DNA of 64,000 bases from positions 32,177,360 to 32,241,359 of the forward strand of contig NC_043019.1 of assembly GCF_006345805.1 (NCBI RefSeq), given 5' to 3'. This document shows positions 39,284-50,812 of this stretch, piece after piece. The position numbers were made by a program, and so were the translations under genes. The notes beneath the pieces are model-generated. The model was not told the origin of the DNA. It saw only the letters and a list, made by a program, of their open reading frames with translations, and did no database searches. The stretch is from Octopus sinensis (taxonomy: Eukaryota). Positions within the stretch are counted from its first letter, which is position 1. The number at the start of each line of letters is the position of its first letter.

Positions 39284-39605
39284 TATACATGCACACACAC
39301 AATTATATATGTTGATGGTTTAACCTTAACCTACTGCAACTTTGAAGTCACTGTCAACAATGTTCTTGGTTTGGAGTAACCCATCGGATTAATGTAAAAC
39401 TGTTTTCATTATAACTGAACAGAAAAGCAAACATAAATATATGTATATACACGTTTTTGGAATTATATGTGTATATATATATATTTGTGTGTGTATGTAT
39501 ATATATATATATGTGTGTGTGCGTGTGCGTATATATGTATGTGTGTGTATATATATATATATGTGTGTGTATATATGTATGTGTGTGTAGATATATATAT
39601 ATTTA

Positions 39606-39641
<36 letters not shown>

Positions 39642-39667
39642 AATGTGTGTGTGTATATATATATAAA

Positions 39668-39720
<53 letters not shown>

Positions 39721-39789
39721 GTGTGTGTGTGTGTACAGGTTTGTCATATTTTCCATTGTCTTTTTATTTAATCCTGAAAAAATATTTGA

Positions 39790-40431
39790 TTGTGTGGCAA
39801 GTAGCTTGCTTACCAACCACATAGTTCTGGTTTCAGTCACACTGCATGGCACCTTGGGCAAGTGTCTTCTACTATAGCCTCAGACCCACCAAAGCCTTGT
39901 GAGTGGATTTGGTAGGCAGAAACTGAAAGAAGCCTGTCACATATATATATGTATGTTTGTGTGTCTGTGTTTGTTTCCCCACCGCAATCACTTGACAACT
40001 GATCATGGTGTGTTTGCGTCCCCGTAACTTAGTGGTTTGGCAAAGCGACCGATAGAATAAGTACTGGGCTTGCAAAAAATTAGTCCTGGGGTCGATTTGC
40101 TCAACTAAAGGCAGTGCTCCAGCATGGCTGCAATCAAATGACAAACAAATAAAATAATATATATATTCACTTATATATTAGGTTCGTGGGTGGCTGTGTG
40201 ATAACAAACTTAATTCCCAACCACACGGTCTTGGGTTCAGTCCCACTGCGTGACACCTTGGGCATTTTATTCATTCATGTATAATATATTAGATTCATGG
40301 ATGGCTGTGATGTTAAGGAATTTCTTTCCCAACCCTGCAGTCTTGAGTTCAATCCCCCTGTTTGACATCCTGGGCATTTGTCTTCCACTATAGCCTCAAC
40401 CAAAGCCCTGTGAGTGGATTTGGTAAATGGA

Positions 40432-40435
<4 letters not shown>
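39790..40435 (+). mobile_element. Family A SINE plus two further head fragments
   Basis: Family A consensus. Confidence 0.7.
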
Positions 40436-40470
<35 letters not shown>

Positions 40471-40788
40471 AACAGAGTTAGCAGTTACAATAACCAACTA
40501 AGGGATAAAATATCTGTATGTACTATCGGTATCCATTACCTGTGTCATAAACCAGGCATTGGTGTGCAGGTAACAACAGGATAAGCAAGAGTTTATCAGG
40601 AAACAAACACACAGAATCAGAAAATGTGGAAAACCTCAGATTAATAAACACATTGATTGGACCACATTTATAGCTTATGTTTTGATACAAGGCATGATAT
40701 AACAAATAGGTGATGTCACTTATTTGTTAGGTCATGCTTTGTATTGAAAAATATACTATAAATGTGGGCCAATCGATAGGTTTGTTCA

Positions 40789-40832
<44 letters not shown>

Positions 40833-40835
<3 letters not shown>

Positions 40836-41226
40836 GAGGTGCAATGGCCCAGTGGTTAGGGCAGCGGACTCGCGGTTGTAGAATCGCGGTTTCAATTCCC
40901 AGACCGGGCGTTGTGAGTGTTTATTGAGCGAAGACACCTAAAAAAACTCAACGAGGCTCCGGCAGGGGATGGTGGCGATCCCTGCTGTACTCTTTCGCCA
41001 CAACTTTCTCTCACTCTTTCTTCTGTTGGCCTGCTCGCTGATAGCCTGGTCAGTCACGGTGATCACGATGATATATATATATAGGAAGGGCATCCAGCCG
41101 TAGAAACACTGCCAGATCAGACTGGGCCTGGTGCAGCCTTCTGGCTTCCCAGACCCAGTTGAACCGTCCAACCCATGCTAGCATGGAAAGCGGACGCTAA
41201 ACGATGATGATGATGATGATGATGAA
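40833..41226 (+). mobile_element. Family D SINE followed by a family C tail
   Basis: gtggaggtgcaatggcccagtgg head; aggaagggcatccagccgtag...aaacgatgatgat. Confidence 0.75.
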
Positions 41227-41963
41227 TCTGTTGTGAAACTGCAACGCTACTACTGTTTCAACGACTACTCCCACCACTACCATTGCCTCAATTTCTACCA
41301 CCATCACTAGTATACTTACAAGTGATGTATGATGCTTTAAGCTGGCTGGAAGATATAGGAGGATGAGTTCTAGTCTGCTGTGTTGTCGGAGCAGGGTCAC
41401 AGGGTAGAGACAGCCCATGGGGTGGGGGTTACGGGGGTTGTGTGGCGCTCTGTGTTGTTGGCATTGTCTGCTAATCTAGTTAAATGGTATGTGATGCATG
41501 GCAGCTGATTCCACTTTAGTTTACCCATTCCAGTTCTGGTGAGCAAACCCCGCCTCCAAGCATCTTACCCCCACAGGAGATTTTAGTGGGTAGGAACAAT
41601 TCTGTTGGAGGTGGCAGAGCAGCAGGGGGAGGGGGTATGTAATCGTCTCCACTACCCACCCCATTACACAGGGGCACAGACTTTTCGATTCATTGTTATT
41701 AATATATCTTTCGCTTGTTTCAGTCATTAGACTGCGGCCATGCTGGGGCAGCACCGTGAAAAACTTTTAGCTGGATGAATCGATCCCTGTACTTACTTTT
41801 TTTGTTTTGTTTTTCTTTAAGCCTGGTATTTAATCCTATCAGTCTCTTTTGCTGAACCACAAGGATGTAAACACACCAACACCGGTTGTCAAGCAGTGTT
41901 GGGGGACAAACATAGACACAGTGAGACACACATATATACACTCACACACACACATATACATAT

Positions 41964-42016
<53 letters not shown>

Positions 42017-42042
42017 TAAAAGCAGCAGAAATATAACAAAAG

Positions 42043-42080
42043 GTGTTACTCAGAGTTTCATGTTCCCGTTCATCGGACAG
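42043..42080 (-). ncRNA. Hammerhead-like motif, core CCGAUGA
   Basis: Minus strand CTGT-CCGATGA-ACG ggaa CAT-GAAA-CTC t GAG-TA-ACAC. Confidence 0.5.
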
Positions 42081-42097
42081 TTTTTTTTTTAACAAAA

Positions 42098-42135
42098 CTG
42101 TCCGACGAACGGGAACGTGAAACTCCGAGTAACAG
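42098..42135 (+). ncRNA. Hammerhead-like motif, core CCGACGA
   Basis: CTGT-CCGACGA-ACG ggaa CGT-GAAA-CTC c GAG-TA-ACAG; predicted cut after 42131. Confidence 0.6.
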
Positions 42136-42405
42136 CTTTTGTTAAATTTCTGCTGCTTTTAAATAAAGCATATTACTCTACCTCTGGTATTTGAGTACTC
42201 TTTTTTCCACCTTGTTTCACATTTATGTGTTTACTCCAGTATATATATATATCAGGGACATGCCACCTGGGTAGGCAAGGTAGGCAGTGCCTACCCTGAA
42301 TGAAATAGATCAATAGCAACATTTTCCTCTTATGGCAAAATATGCACCTAATTCAATAAAATTATATATTTATACCTACATATATATATTTATATGTATA
42401 CATAC

Positions 42406-42439
<34 letters not shown>

Positions 42440-42523
42440 GGGTCATTCCAAATTGTAACTACATGTGGGTTGTTGGCAATTTTTTTTCCTCAGTCTTCCT
42501 TTTCTCTTGGACTTTCCTATCCT

Positions 42524-42558
42524 GTTTCTGAAGAAGAGCTTTGCTCAAAATATAAAAC
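42524..42558 (+). ncRNA. Decayed hammerhead motif (CUGAAGA core, G12A)
   Basis: GTTT-CTGAAGA-A-GAGC ttt GCTC-AAAA-TATA-AAAC; relative at 9548-9585. Confidence 0.4.
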
Positions 42559-43056
42559 ACTATTTCTTTCCTTCCTTGAGTGTTTTATAAATAGAATGCA
42601 TGTACCACAGCCTTGCATTTTAATTTTTTTTCTTCATTTTTTTTTTATTAATTATATATATATATATATGCACACATACACACACAATATATTCACAAAA
42701 TATAATAAAGACCGGCAATAACTTGAAGTGAGTTTAAGGTCTGCCAAGAAATGGCAGAAGATTGGCCAATACTGAAAATCGACTCCACTTGATTAACTTA
42801 ACATGAAATCCTGTACTTAACAATAAGCTTTGCCCAGATTATTGTTTCTTGTAAGTTTTTTTGAGTAGTTTACATAAGATGTTATTATGAAGTCAATAAG
42901 GGGGGGACGTAAAAGAGGGGAAAAAAAGCGAGAAATTTTCTTTTGTTATATATATATTTTTGTTAATGGGAATTTAGTACGGTTTAAAGCTATCTCACTG
43001 CCAATTTAACCTGTTTTCCAGTATGCTTGAACATAGAATGATTAATATATTAGTAA

Positions 43057-44044
43057 CCCTTTGGCATTCAAATTAGCTTGTCAAATATAATGCTAATTTA
43101 TTCACATTGTTTTGGAATTAATTATACACAATCTTGCAGCTTAGAGATTTCGATGATGCGTTTGTTTGTTTGTTTGTTTTTAGAATGACTTTGCAGGGTT
43201 GGTGTGAGAGGCCTGAGCTGGTCAGTTTCAACAGAAGACGGTTAGAATATTTGGACCTGATGTGGCCAGTATTGGTACAAGAGGCCTGAGCTGGTCAGTT
43301 TCAAGGTAGAATATTTGGGCCTAATGTGGCCAGGATTGGTACGAGAGGCCTGAGCTGGTCAGTTTCAAGGTAGAATATTTGGACCTGATGTGACCAGGGT
43401 TAGTGTGAGAGGCCTGAGCTGGTCAGTTTGAACAGAAGACAGGTAGAATATTTGGGCCTGATGTGGCCAGGGTTGGTGCGAGAGGCCTAAGCTGGTCAGT
43501 TTCAAGGTAGAATATTTGGGCCTGATGTGGCCAGGGTTGGTGTGAGAGGCCTGAGCTGGTCAGTTTCAACAGAAGACAGGTAGAATATTTGGGCCTGTTG
43601 TGGCCAGGGTTGGTGCGAGAGGCCTGAGCCAGTCAGTTTCAAGGTAGAATATTTGGGCTTGATGTGGCCAGGATTGGTGTGAGAGGCCTGAGCTGGTCAG
43701 TTTCAAAAGAAGACAGATAGAATATTTGGACATGATGTGGCCAGGGTTGGTACAAGAGGCCTGAGCTGGTCAGTTTCAACAGAAGACAGGTAGAATATTT
43801 GGGCCTGATGTGGCCAGGGTTGGTACGAGAGGCCTGAGCTGGTCAGTTTCAAGATAGAATATTTGGTCCTGATGTGGCCAGGGTTGGTGTGAGAGGCCTG
43901 AGCTGGTCAGTTTGAACAGAAGACAGGTAGAATATTTGGGCCTGATGTGGCCAGGGTTGGTGCAAGTGGCCTGAGCTGGTCAGTTTCAACAGAAGACAGG
44001 TAGAATATTTGAACCTGATGTGGCCAGTTGAAATGCTGAAAGGG
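43057..44044. mobile_element. piggyBac-like MITE with internal tandem expansion
   Basis: GTAA-CCCTTTGGCATT ... AATGCTGAAAGGG-TCAA; body matches 36299-36519. Confidence 0.8.
43196..44026. repeat. 12-unit minisatellite of 73-bp and 64-bp units
   Basis: Order L S S L S L S L L S L L; S lacks ACAGAAGAC; 7x73+5x64=831 bp. Confidence 0.95.
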
Positions 44045-45074
44045 TCAAAGATTCCTATTTCAATATACAACTTTAACAGCATGATTGAATTTGTGAAGGA
44101 TAAAGGCAGAGTAGAATTCCAGGAGCTTATTATCATAAGGTTATGAGTTCAATACCCACCAGGATACTGTGTCCTTAAGCAAAATACTTTTTTTTACTAT
44201 GCTTCTGTTCTCTGAGCTGGCAAAAATGCATAGTACCTGTATTTCAAAAGGCCAGCCTTGTCACATTCTGTCCTACCCTATATCACCCTAAGTGCTAGTG
44301 AATTTGGTATTTTGCCTCTTTTTAGAAATAGCAATCAAATCTTCCTCAAATTACACTGTCAGTTTTTTTTTTTTTTTTTTTTTGTTAAATAACAAAGAAC
44401 AAAAATGCAGAAGGACACATTGAATAATGTAGTCCCAGATATGTTATCTGTATCTGAATAGAAAAAAAAAACAAAAATCAAGGTTGATGGTCACAGCTGG
44501 AATTTCATTCATCACTTGTCTGTCCAGATCATGCTGACTTGAGGGCAATCAAGAAGATCAAATCTAAGTGAAAGCATAACCAAATGTTGAAGGGTTCTGT
44601 TCAAACGAAACTTTAACAGGGAAATTCCAGTTGGTGTAGGGGCAGAGCAGAACACCCTATGAAGTCAGTTTGATTTTGTTTATGTGGTAAAAACCAGGCC
44701 CTGTCCCTACACATACACACATGCCTTTAATCATAAATTTGTTCAGTCAGCACTGCTCTAGATGGAACCACCATCTCCAACTACATCATCTCATCATCAG
44801 AAGGTCTGTACCCCTATCCCCACCATGTTGACATTTTGAATGGTTTGGGAGGAACTTAATTTGTTTAGAACTAACAGCTTTTTTTTTTTTTCCCCCCCTT
44901 AATTCTAAGCCTCATATTGGTCTCTGTTGTTCACAGAACTCTTCCGCTACTAATTTTTCACAGCATTGGTTTAAAATTATGTTTCATTGAGACCAAATTT
45001 TAGGATTGGTATCACTTGCCAGTTAACATTCTACAAATCCCCCAAACAGCTGACCTGCAAATGTACTGAGTCTG

Positions 45075-45430
45075 TAGGTCAACTCAAGTGTGATGTTTGA
45101 CTCAGTCAAGTATGACACTCTGAATATATTGATTAACTCACTCAAGTATGACGCTAAATATATTTAATTCTCTCATGTATGACACTCTAAACATATTGTT
45201 TAATTCTCTCAAGTATGACACTAAATATATTGATTAACTCGAGTATTACACTCTGAATACACTGGTTAAATCACTCAAGTATGACTCTAAATATATTGGT
45301 TAATTCACTCAAGTATGACAAATGGAAGTACATTAGTTGATTGAGGTTAAGTATGGCCCAGTGGGTTAATTAGTCAACTCGGTCAAGCATGACATAGAAT
45401 TCATTAGGGACTCGGCCAAGTATAACATGC
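45075..45430. repeat. Degenerate minisatellite, about 33-38 bp, CAAGTATGACACTCTRAATATATTGRTTAAYTCACT
   Basis: Recurrent CAAGTATGAC core, about 9 units. Confidence 0.8.
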
Positions 45431-45949
45431 TGATCGATTTTTACTTTATTCTTCTGTACTGATTTTTTTTTTTTCTTTTGCTCCAGTTTTTTTTTTTTTG
45501 CTTCATTGATTTTCCTTCTCATTCTTTTCTTCCTTTAACCACACACACACACGTGGAATCTGTGTTTTGTTTTATTTCCTTTAGTAGAACCATTGAACCT
45601 CAGAAACAAACACCTTGGAGAAAAAAAAAAAATTTGCGTCTGCTGGATCAATTCATGAAATAAAATTGTTTGGTGATTATTCTCGTATTGTACACAGATG
45701 GAAAGCACTTTTAAGTTACTTCTATAGGTATTCTATAGATTTTAGAGCCAGTACTGAAAGTTATGATGTTTCATATGCAAATATGTCTATGTAAACAATG
45801 CAACTGAAGATAGAAAAATAGGTAATAGGTGTACATCCATATTTCGGGAGCTATTCCTCTTTCATCAGTAACCAGCCACAAATACATTGCTTAAATTGCC
45901 TTTAAGGTTAGCAGTATAACAGTACTGGATAGACCAACTTATATATTAA

Positions 45950-46153
45950 CCCTTTTATATTTAAACCAGCCGTATCCAGCCAAAATATTCTACCTGCTTC
46001 ATGTTCAAACTGGCCAGATCTGGTTTCTCATAACTACCCTACAATATCTAAAAAAATTCAAATTCTCAAAGCTACAAGATAATGCACGACTCATTCAAAA
46101 CAATGCGGATGAATAAACATTACTTTTGACAGGACACTGTGAATGTTAAAGGG
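45950..46153. mobile_element. piggyBac-like MITE, reverse orientation
   Basis: TTAA-CCCTTTT ... TAAAGGG-TCAA; reverse complement of the 36299 family. Confidence 0.7.
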
Positions 46154-46309
46154 TCAAATACATTCAAAACACTTAACATATTTAGATAAAAAGGTTTGGC
46201 TTCAACAGTGGTTAAAAACAAAAATGATACACTTTCTTTTTTATATTTTTTTTTTGTTTTTGTTTTTTGTTCGTTCTAACAATAAACAGTATAAAGTAAC
46301 TTATTATGA

Positions 46310-46778
46310 GTGGCATCCGTGCTCATGGGGTGCTAAGAGCACCATCTGAGCGTAACCTTTGACAGAGCGGCTAACTGGGTTCCGTGCCGGTGGCATGTAA
46401 AAGGCACCATTCGAGCGTGATCGTTACCAGCGTCACCTTACTGGCACTTGTGTCCCGTGTTAGTGGGGCACTAAGAGCACCATCTGAGCGTGATCGTTGC
46501 CAGAGCAGCTAACTGGCTTCTGTGCTGGTGGCACGTGAAAAAACATTCAAGCATGGTCGTTGCCAGTACCGCCTGACTACCCCCCGTGCCGGTGGCACGT
46601 AAAAGCATCCAGTACACTCTCGGAGTGGTTGGCGTTAGGAAGGGCATTCAGCTGTAGGAACTCGGCCAGATCAGATTGGAGCCTGGTGCAGCCATCTGGT
46701 TCACCAGTCCTCTGTCAAATCGTCCAACCCATGCTAGCATGGAAAGCAGACATTAAACGATGATGATGATGATGATGA
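46310..46778 (+). mobile_element. SINE family C with long repeat array
   Basis: About 5 GTGCC-NNN-GGCAC-led units, then the family C domain and tail. Confidence 0.8.
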
Positions 46779-46962
46779 TATTCTGTAAAATGTGAAGTTA
46801 GAGGATATTTTAATAAGCCAATGAAATAAGGTTTGTTTCAATCTTACAGGCCCAAGAGGCTGGTGCTTATTTGTGTTTCCAAGGGGCTCAGATGACTGAC
46901 AGTGCAAGACTTAATCCCTCGGATGTTATGGCCGTTCCTTGCAGGGTTGACTCCATTTTGTA

Positions 46963-47012
<50 letters not shown>

Positions 47013-47257
47013 CTGTGTTTGTCTCCCCAACATCGCTTGACAACCGATGATGGTGTGTTTACGTCCCCATAATTTAGCAGTTCGGCAAAAGGGACTGATA
47101 GAATAAGTACTAGGCTTACAAAGAATAAGTCCTGAGGTCGATTTGCTTGACTAAAGGCGGTACACCAGCATGGCCACAGTCAAATGACTGAAACAAGTAA
47201 AGAGTAATGAATATGTAGAGCGTGTGTTTATAGGCAAAAAAAGAAATGACCATCCCC

Positions 47258-47428
47258 AGGTGCAGGAGTGGCTGTGTGGTAAGAAGCTTGCTTCTCAACC
47301 ACATGGTTCCAGGTTCAGTCCCACTGTGCAGAACCTTGGGCAACTGCTTTCTACTATAGCCCCGGGCCAACTAAAGCCATGTGAGTGAATTTGGTTGACA
47401 GAAACTGAAAGAGACCTATTGTATATAA

Positions 47429-47462
<34 letters not shown>

Positions 47463-47885
47463 CTGTGTTTGTCCTTCCACCACAGCTTAACAACTGGTGT
47501 TGGTATGTTTGTATCCCTGTAACCTAGCGAGCTGGCAGAAACGTTAGCAGGCCAGGCGAAATGCGTAGCCATATTTCGTCTCCCGTTACGTTCTGAGTTC
47601 AAATTCCGCCACGGTCGACTTTGCCTTTCATCCTTTCCGGGTCGATTAAATAAGTACCAGTTACGCACTGGGTCGATATAATCGACTTAATCCGTTTGTC
47701 TGTCCTTATTTGTCCCCTCTGTGTTTAACTCCTTGTGGGTAGTAAAGAAATAGGTTTAGCAGAAGAGACTGATAGTATAAATACTACTTTAAAAAAAAAA
47801 AAAAGAGTACTGGGGTTGACTCATTCATCTGAAAATTCAAGGTGCTACTCCAGCATGGCCACAGTCTAATGACTGAAACAAAGAT
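47258..47885 (+). mobile_element. Family A SINE with nested family B SINE (47527-47752)
   Basis: A second module split at cttagc|ggttcggcaaaag by a complete B. Confidence 0.75.
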
Positions 47886-48039
47886 AAATGTAACAGCATC
47901 TGTTTTAACACAAGTTTTCACATCAAGTATTTTGCAAAACAAACATACAAACATGACTGGTTTTCTCCAGAGAATTAAAATAGATTTCTTGTTCCAAAGT
48001 ATAATTTATGTCCTTTAGTGGTGCATGCGAAATAGAATA

Positions 48040-48365
48040 AAATATATGATGGTCCAGTGAAGGCACGTGGCTAGTGAGTTCGATTCCCTGACCAGGCTGT
48101 GTTGTGTTCTTGGGCAAGACACTTTATTTCGTGTTGCTCTGGTTCTCTCATCTGTAGAAATGAGTTGCAATGGCACCGGTGCCAGGCTGTATCGGCCTTT
48201 GCTTTCTCTTGAATAACATCGGTAGTGTGGAGAAGGGAGGCTGGTATGCATGGGCGACTGCTGATCTTCTATAAAAAAAAACAACCTTGCCCGGACTTGT
48301 GCCTCCGAGGGGAACTGTCTAAGTACAAGCCCATGGTCATTCATGACTGAAGGGAGTCTTTACCA
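48040..48365 (+). mobile_element. SINE family E
   Basis: Homologous to 56945-57272 (gttcttgagcaagacactttatttc...tgcatgggcgactgctg...aaccttgcccggacttgtgcc). Confidence 0.7.
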
Positions 48366-48406
48366 TTTATGACAGTCCAGATGTTATGGAAAACAGTAAT
48401 GAATAA

Positions 48407-48681
48407 TTCTGTTGTGTCTGGGGAGAGTCATTTTCTTTTTGTGCCTTATTATGTAACACACTCACCAGTAAAATTTCCACTTTTTTCTTTGACTCTCAAA
48501 ACTATTGTAAAGGTTGCAAGATGCAACGAAAATTTTAGGACAATAAAAATAAGAAAAAAGAGGAAATTTTACCGGTGAGTATGTTACACAAAAAGAAAAT
48601 GACTCTCCCAAGACACAACAAAATATGCTTCAACACACGAACTCATATAAAGAATCTTGCAAACCAAATCCGAAAACGAAA
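48407..48681. mobile_element. TSD-flanked foldback element, copy 1 (one arm partly deleted)
   Basis: 12-bp TSD AGTAATGAATAA at 48395-48406 and 48682-48693; homologous to 50626-50961. Confidence 0.8.
48502..48538 (+). ncRNA. Hammerhead-like motif, U3-A8 family
   Basis: CTA-TTGTAAA-G-GTTGC aagat GCAAC-GAAA-AT-TT-TAG. Confidence 0.5.
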
Positions 48682-50720
48682 AGTAATGAATAAAGTTTAC
48701 TGTATTTTCCTTGGCATACAAGTTCAATTCTTCAGACCAAAATTTACAGCCAAAAACAGTAGGTTGACTTGTAGATGAAGATAACTTTGAAAAACCAAAA
48801 ATTCTATGTACATTGTAGCAGGGTTTGGAAAGATAGTGACGCTGTTTGAATGATTTCACTGTGTACTATGTTGACTTGAATGCCAGAAAATAAAGCACTT
48901 TGTACCAGTTCACTGTTACATCCCTTAACATTCATGCAGGGACTGGATAAGGATGGCCATCGATGCAAATGGGTTAGTCATGGTTCCACTGTGTGACACC
49001 TTGAGCAAGTGTCTACTATTGTGCCAAGCTGACCAAGGCCTTATGAGGGGATTTGTTAGGTGGAGACTGAAAGAAGCCTGTTGTGTGTGTGTTACTGTAA
49101 CTTTGAGTATATATATGTGGTAGTTGTAAACAAGTGCCACTATCATGCGAGCGGTGTCCTCTGTTTCATGTCTTCTGTAGAAACCAGTCTGGTTACAGAG
49201 AACTATTACCTTATTTGGAAACAGGTGAGGGGTTGGTGACAAAAAAAAAAAGGCATCTGACCATGGAAAAATCTGCCTCGCCAAATTCCATTCAACCCAT
49301 GTGATCATTGAAAAGTGGACATTAAAACGATGATGATGATAATACATATATGCATGAAACGAAGAGGGATGAAAGTTCTTGGAATTCTGTGATTTAAGTG
49401 ACCTAGCCATTGTAACAGTAAACTCCAGGAAACAGCGAGCCATCTGATCACCTAACACTTTAGCTAGCATACAAGCCAAAGAGACTTCAAAGTAACCAGG
49501 AAACAGGATAGACAGATGGCTATGAACACTTTTTTTGTTGTTTTTTTTTTCCTTCTTCCCCTCCAGTGAAGTATAGTACCACTAAACACAGACTAATGTT
49601 TGGTGACATCAGAGTAAGAGCTAGACAGGTCGAGAGACACCAACGATCTAGAGAAAGGAAATATGAAGGTTGAAAGATGTGTCAGGTGCCACATGGTCCC
49701 TGAAGGTCCATACAAAATTCCTAGGGGTTCACACAACAAAATAGTAAATTGTGGATCCACGATAGTTTTTTTCTTTTTTTTTTTTTCTTAATTATTAAAA
49801 GAAGTATCTATAAAAGTAGATTTTAAACAATTGGATGGCTATAGGGGTCTGCCAGAATAAAATAGCAATCTAAAGGGGTCCGTAGATAAAAAATGATCGA
49901 GAACCCTTGCACTAGAAAAAGCTTCAGTAAAGTACCAGGTTGCACGTAAGTCAAAGGAGAAGAGAGAGACAGGAAGAACATGGAAGAATTCTGTCTTATC
50001 TTTTATCTTTCACTTGTGGCAATCATTTGACTATGGCCATACTGGGGCACTGTTTTGAAGGGTTTTAGGCAAACAAATCAACCATCGTTATGCTTGTTTT
50101 TTGGGTTTTTTTTAAGTCTGGTACTTATTCCATCAGTCTTTTTTGCTGAACCACTGAGTTACAGAAATGTAAACAAACCAACACTAGTTCTCAAGTGGTG
50201 TGGTGTGGGGGTGAAGGGCTTCTATTGAATTTCTGATGACCAAATTCACTTAAGAAGGTATTGGTCAGCCTGGAGCTACAATAGAAGATAATTGCCCAAG
50301 GTGCCACTCGGTGAGACTGAACCTGAAACACTGCAGTTCCAAAGTCAGCTACTTAGCCCACACAACCATACATGAAAGAATCAATGAAACAACCTGCTGC
50401 AAGGCATGTGGCTATGCAACTCTTTCGATACCAACGTACCGATAACCATCCCTGTTGCTATGATACAAATTTCTTGGCTTAAAGTGATCTCAATTAAAAC
50501 CTTCTGCCGCAATCTCATGTCAATTTACATTCCAAGCACCAGCTTAATAGTCACTTTAATAATAATTGCTTTACTAAATTTTGCATTATTTTAAAAATTA
50601 ATTGATACAAAGCTGTGTTACCATATTCTGTTGTGTCTGGGGAGAGTCATTTTCTTTTTGTGCCTTATAATGTAACACACTCACTGGTAAAATTTCCACT
50701 TATTTCTTATTTTTATTTTC

Positions 50721-50757
50721 CTAAAATTTTCTTTGCGTCTTGCAACCTTTTCAATAG
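50721..50757 (-). ncRNA. Hammerhead-like motif, U3-A8 family
   Basis: Minus strand CTA-TTGAAAA-G-GTTGC aagac GCAAA-GAAA-AT-TT-TAG. Confidence 0.5.
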
Positions 50758-50775
50758 TCTTTTCAAGACTCAAGA

Positions 50776-50812
50776 CTATTGAAAAGGTTGCAAGACGCAA
50801 TGGAAATTTTAG
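50776..50812 (+). ncRNA. Hammerhead-like motif, U3-A8 family
   Basis: CTA-TTGAAAA-G-GTTGC aagac GCAAT-GGAA-AT-TT-TAG (A13G). Confidence 0.45.

Larger units (their letters stand above)
42012..42238. mobile_element. Penelope-like fragment with 5' inversion (155-bp palindrome 42012-42166)
   Basis: 73-bp arms, 9-nt loop; T-rich tail; (TA)n on both flanks. Confidence 0.7.

Noticed and set aside
40833-40905. tRNA gene
   Set aside because: tRNA-like head continues into a SINE body shared with 14280-14590; no convincing cloverleaf
43196-44026. CRISPR array or coding repeat
   Set aside because: Pure tandem repeat without unique spacers, lying inside a MITE
49567-49613. 47-nt candidate exon (ccag|...aga|GTAAGA)
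   Set aside because: Splice signals are plausible, but the open frame is out of phase with exon 30627-30694 and there is no other support
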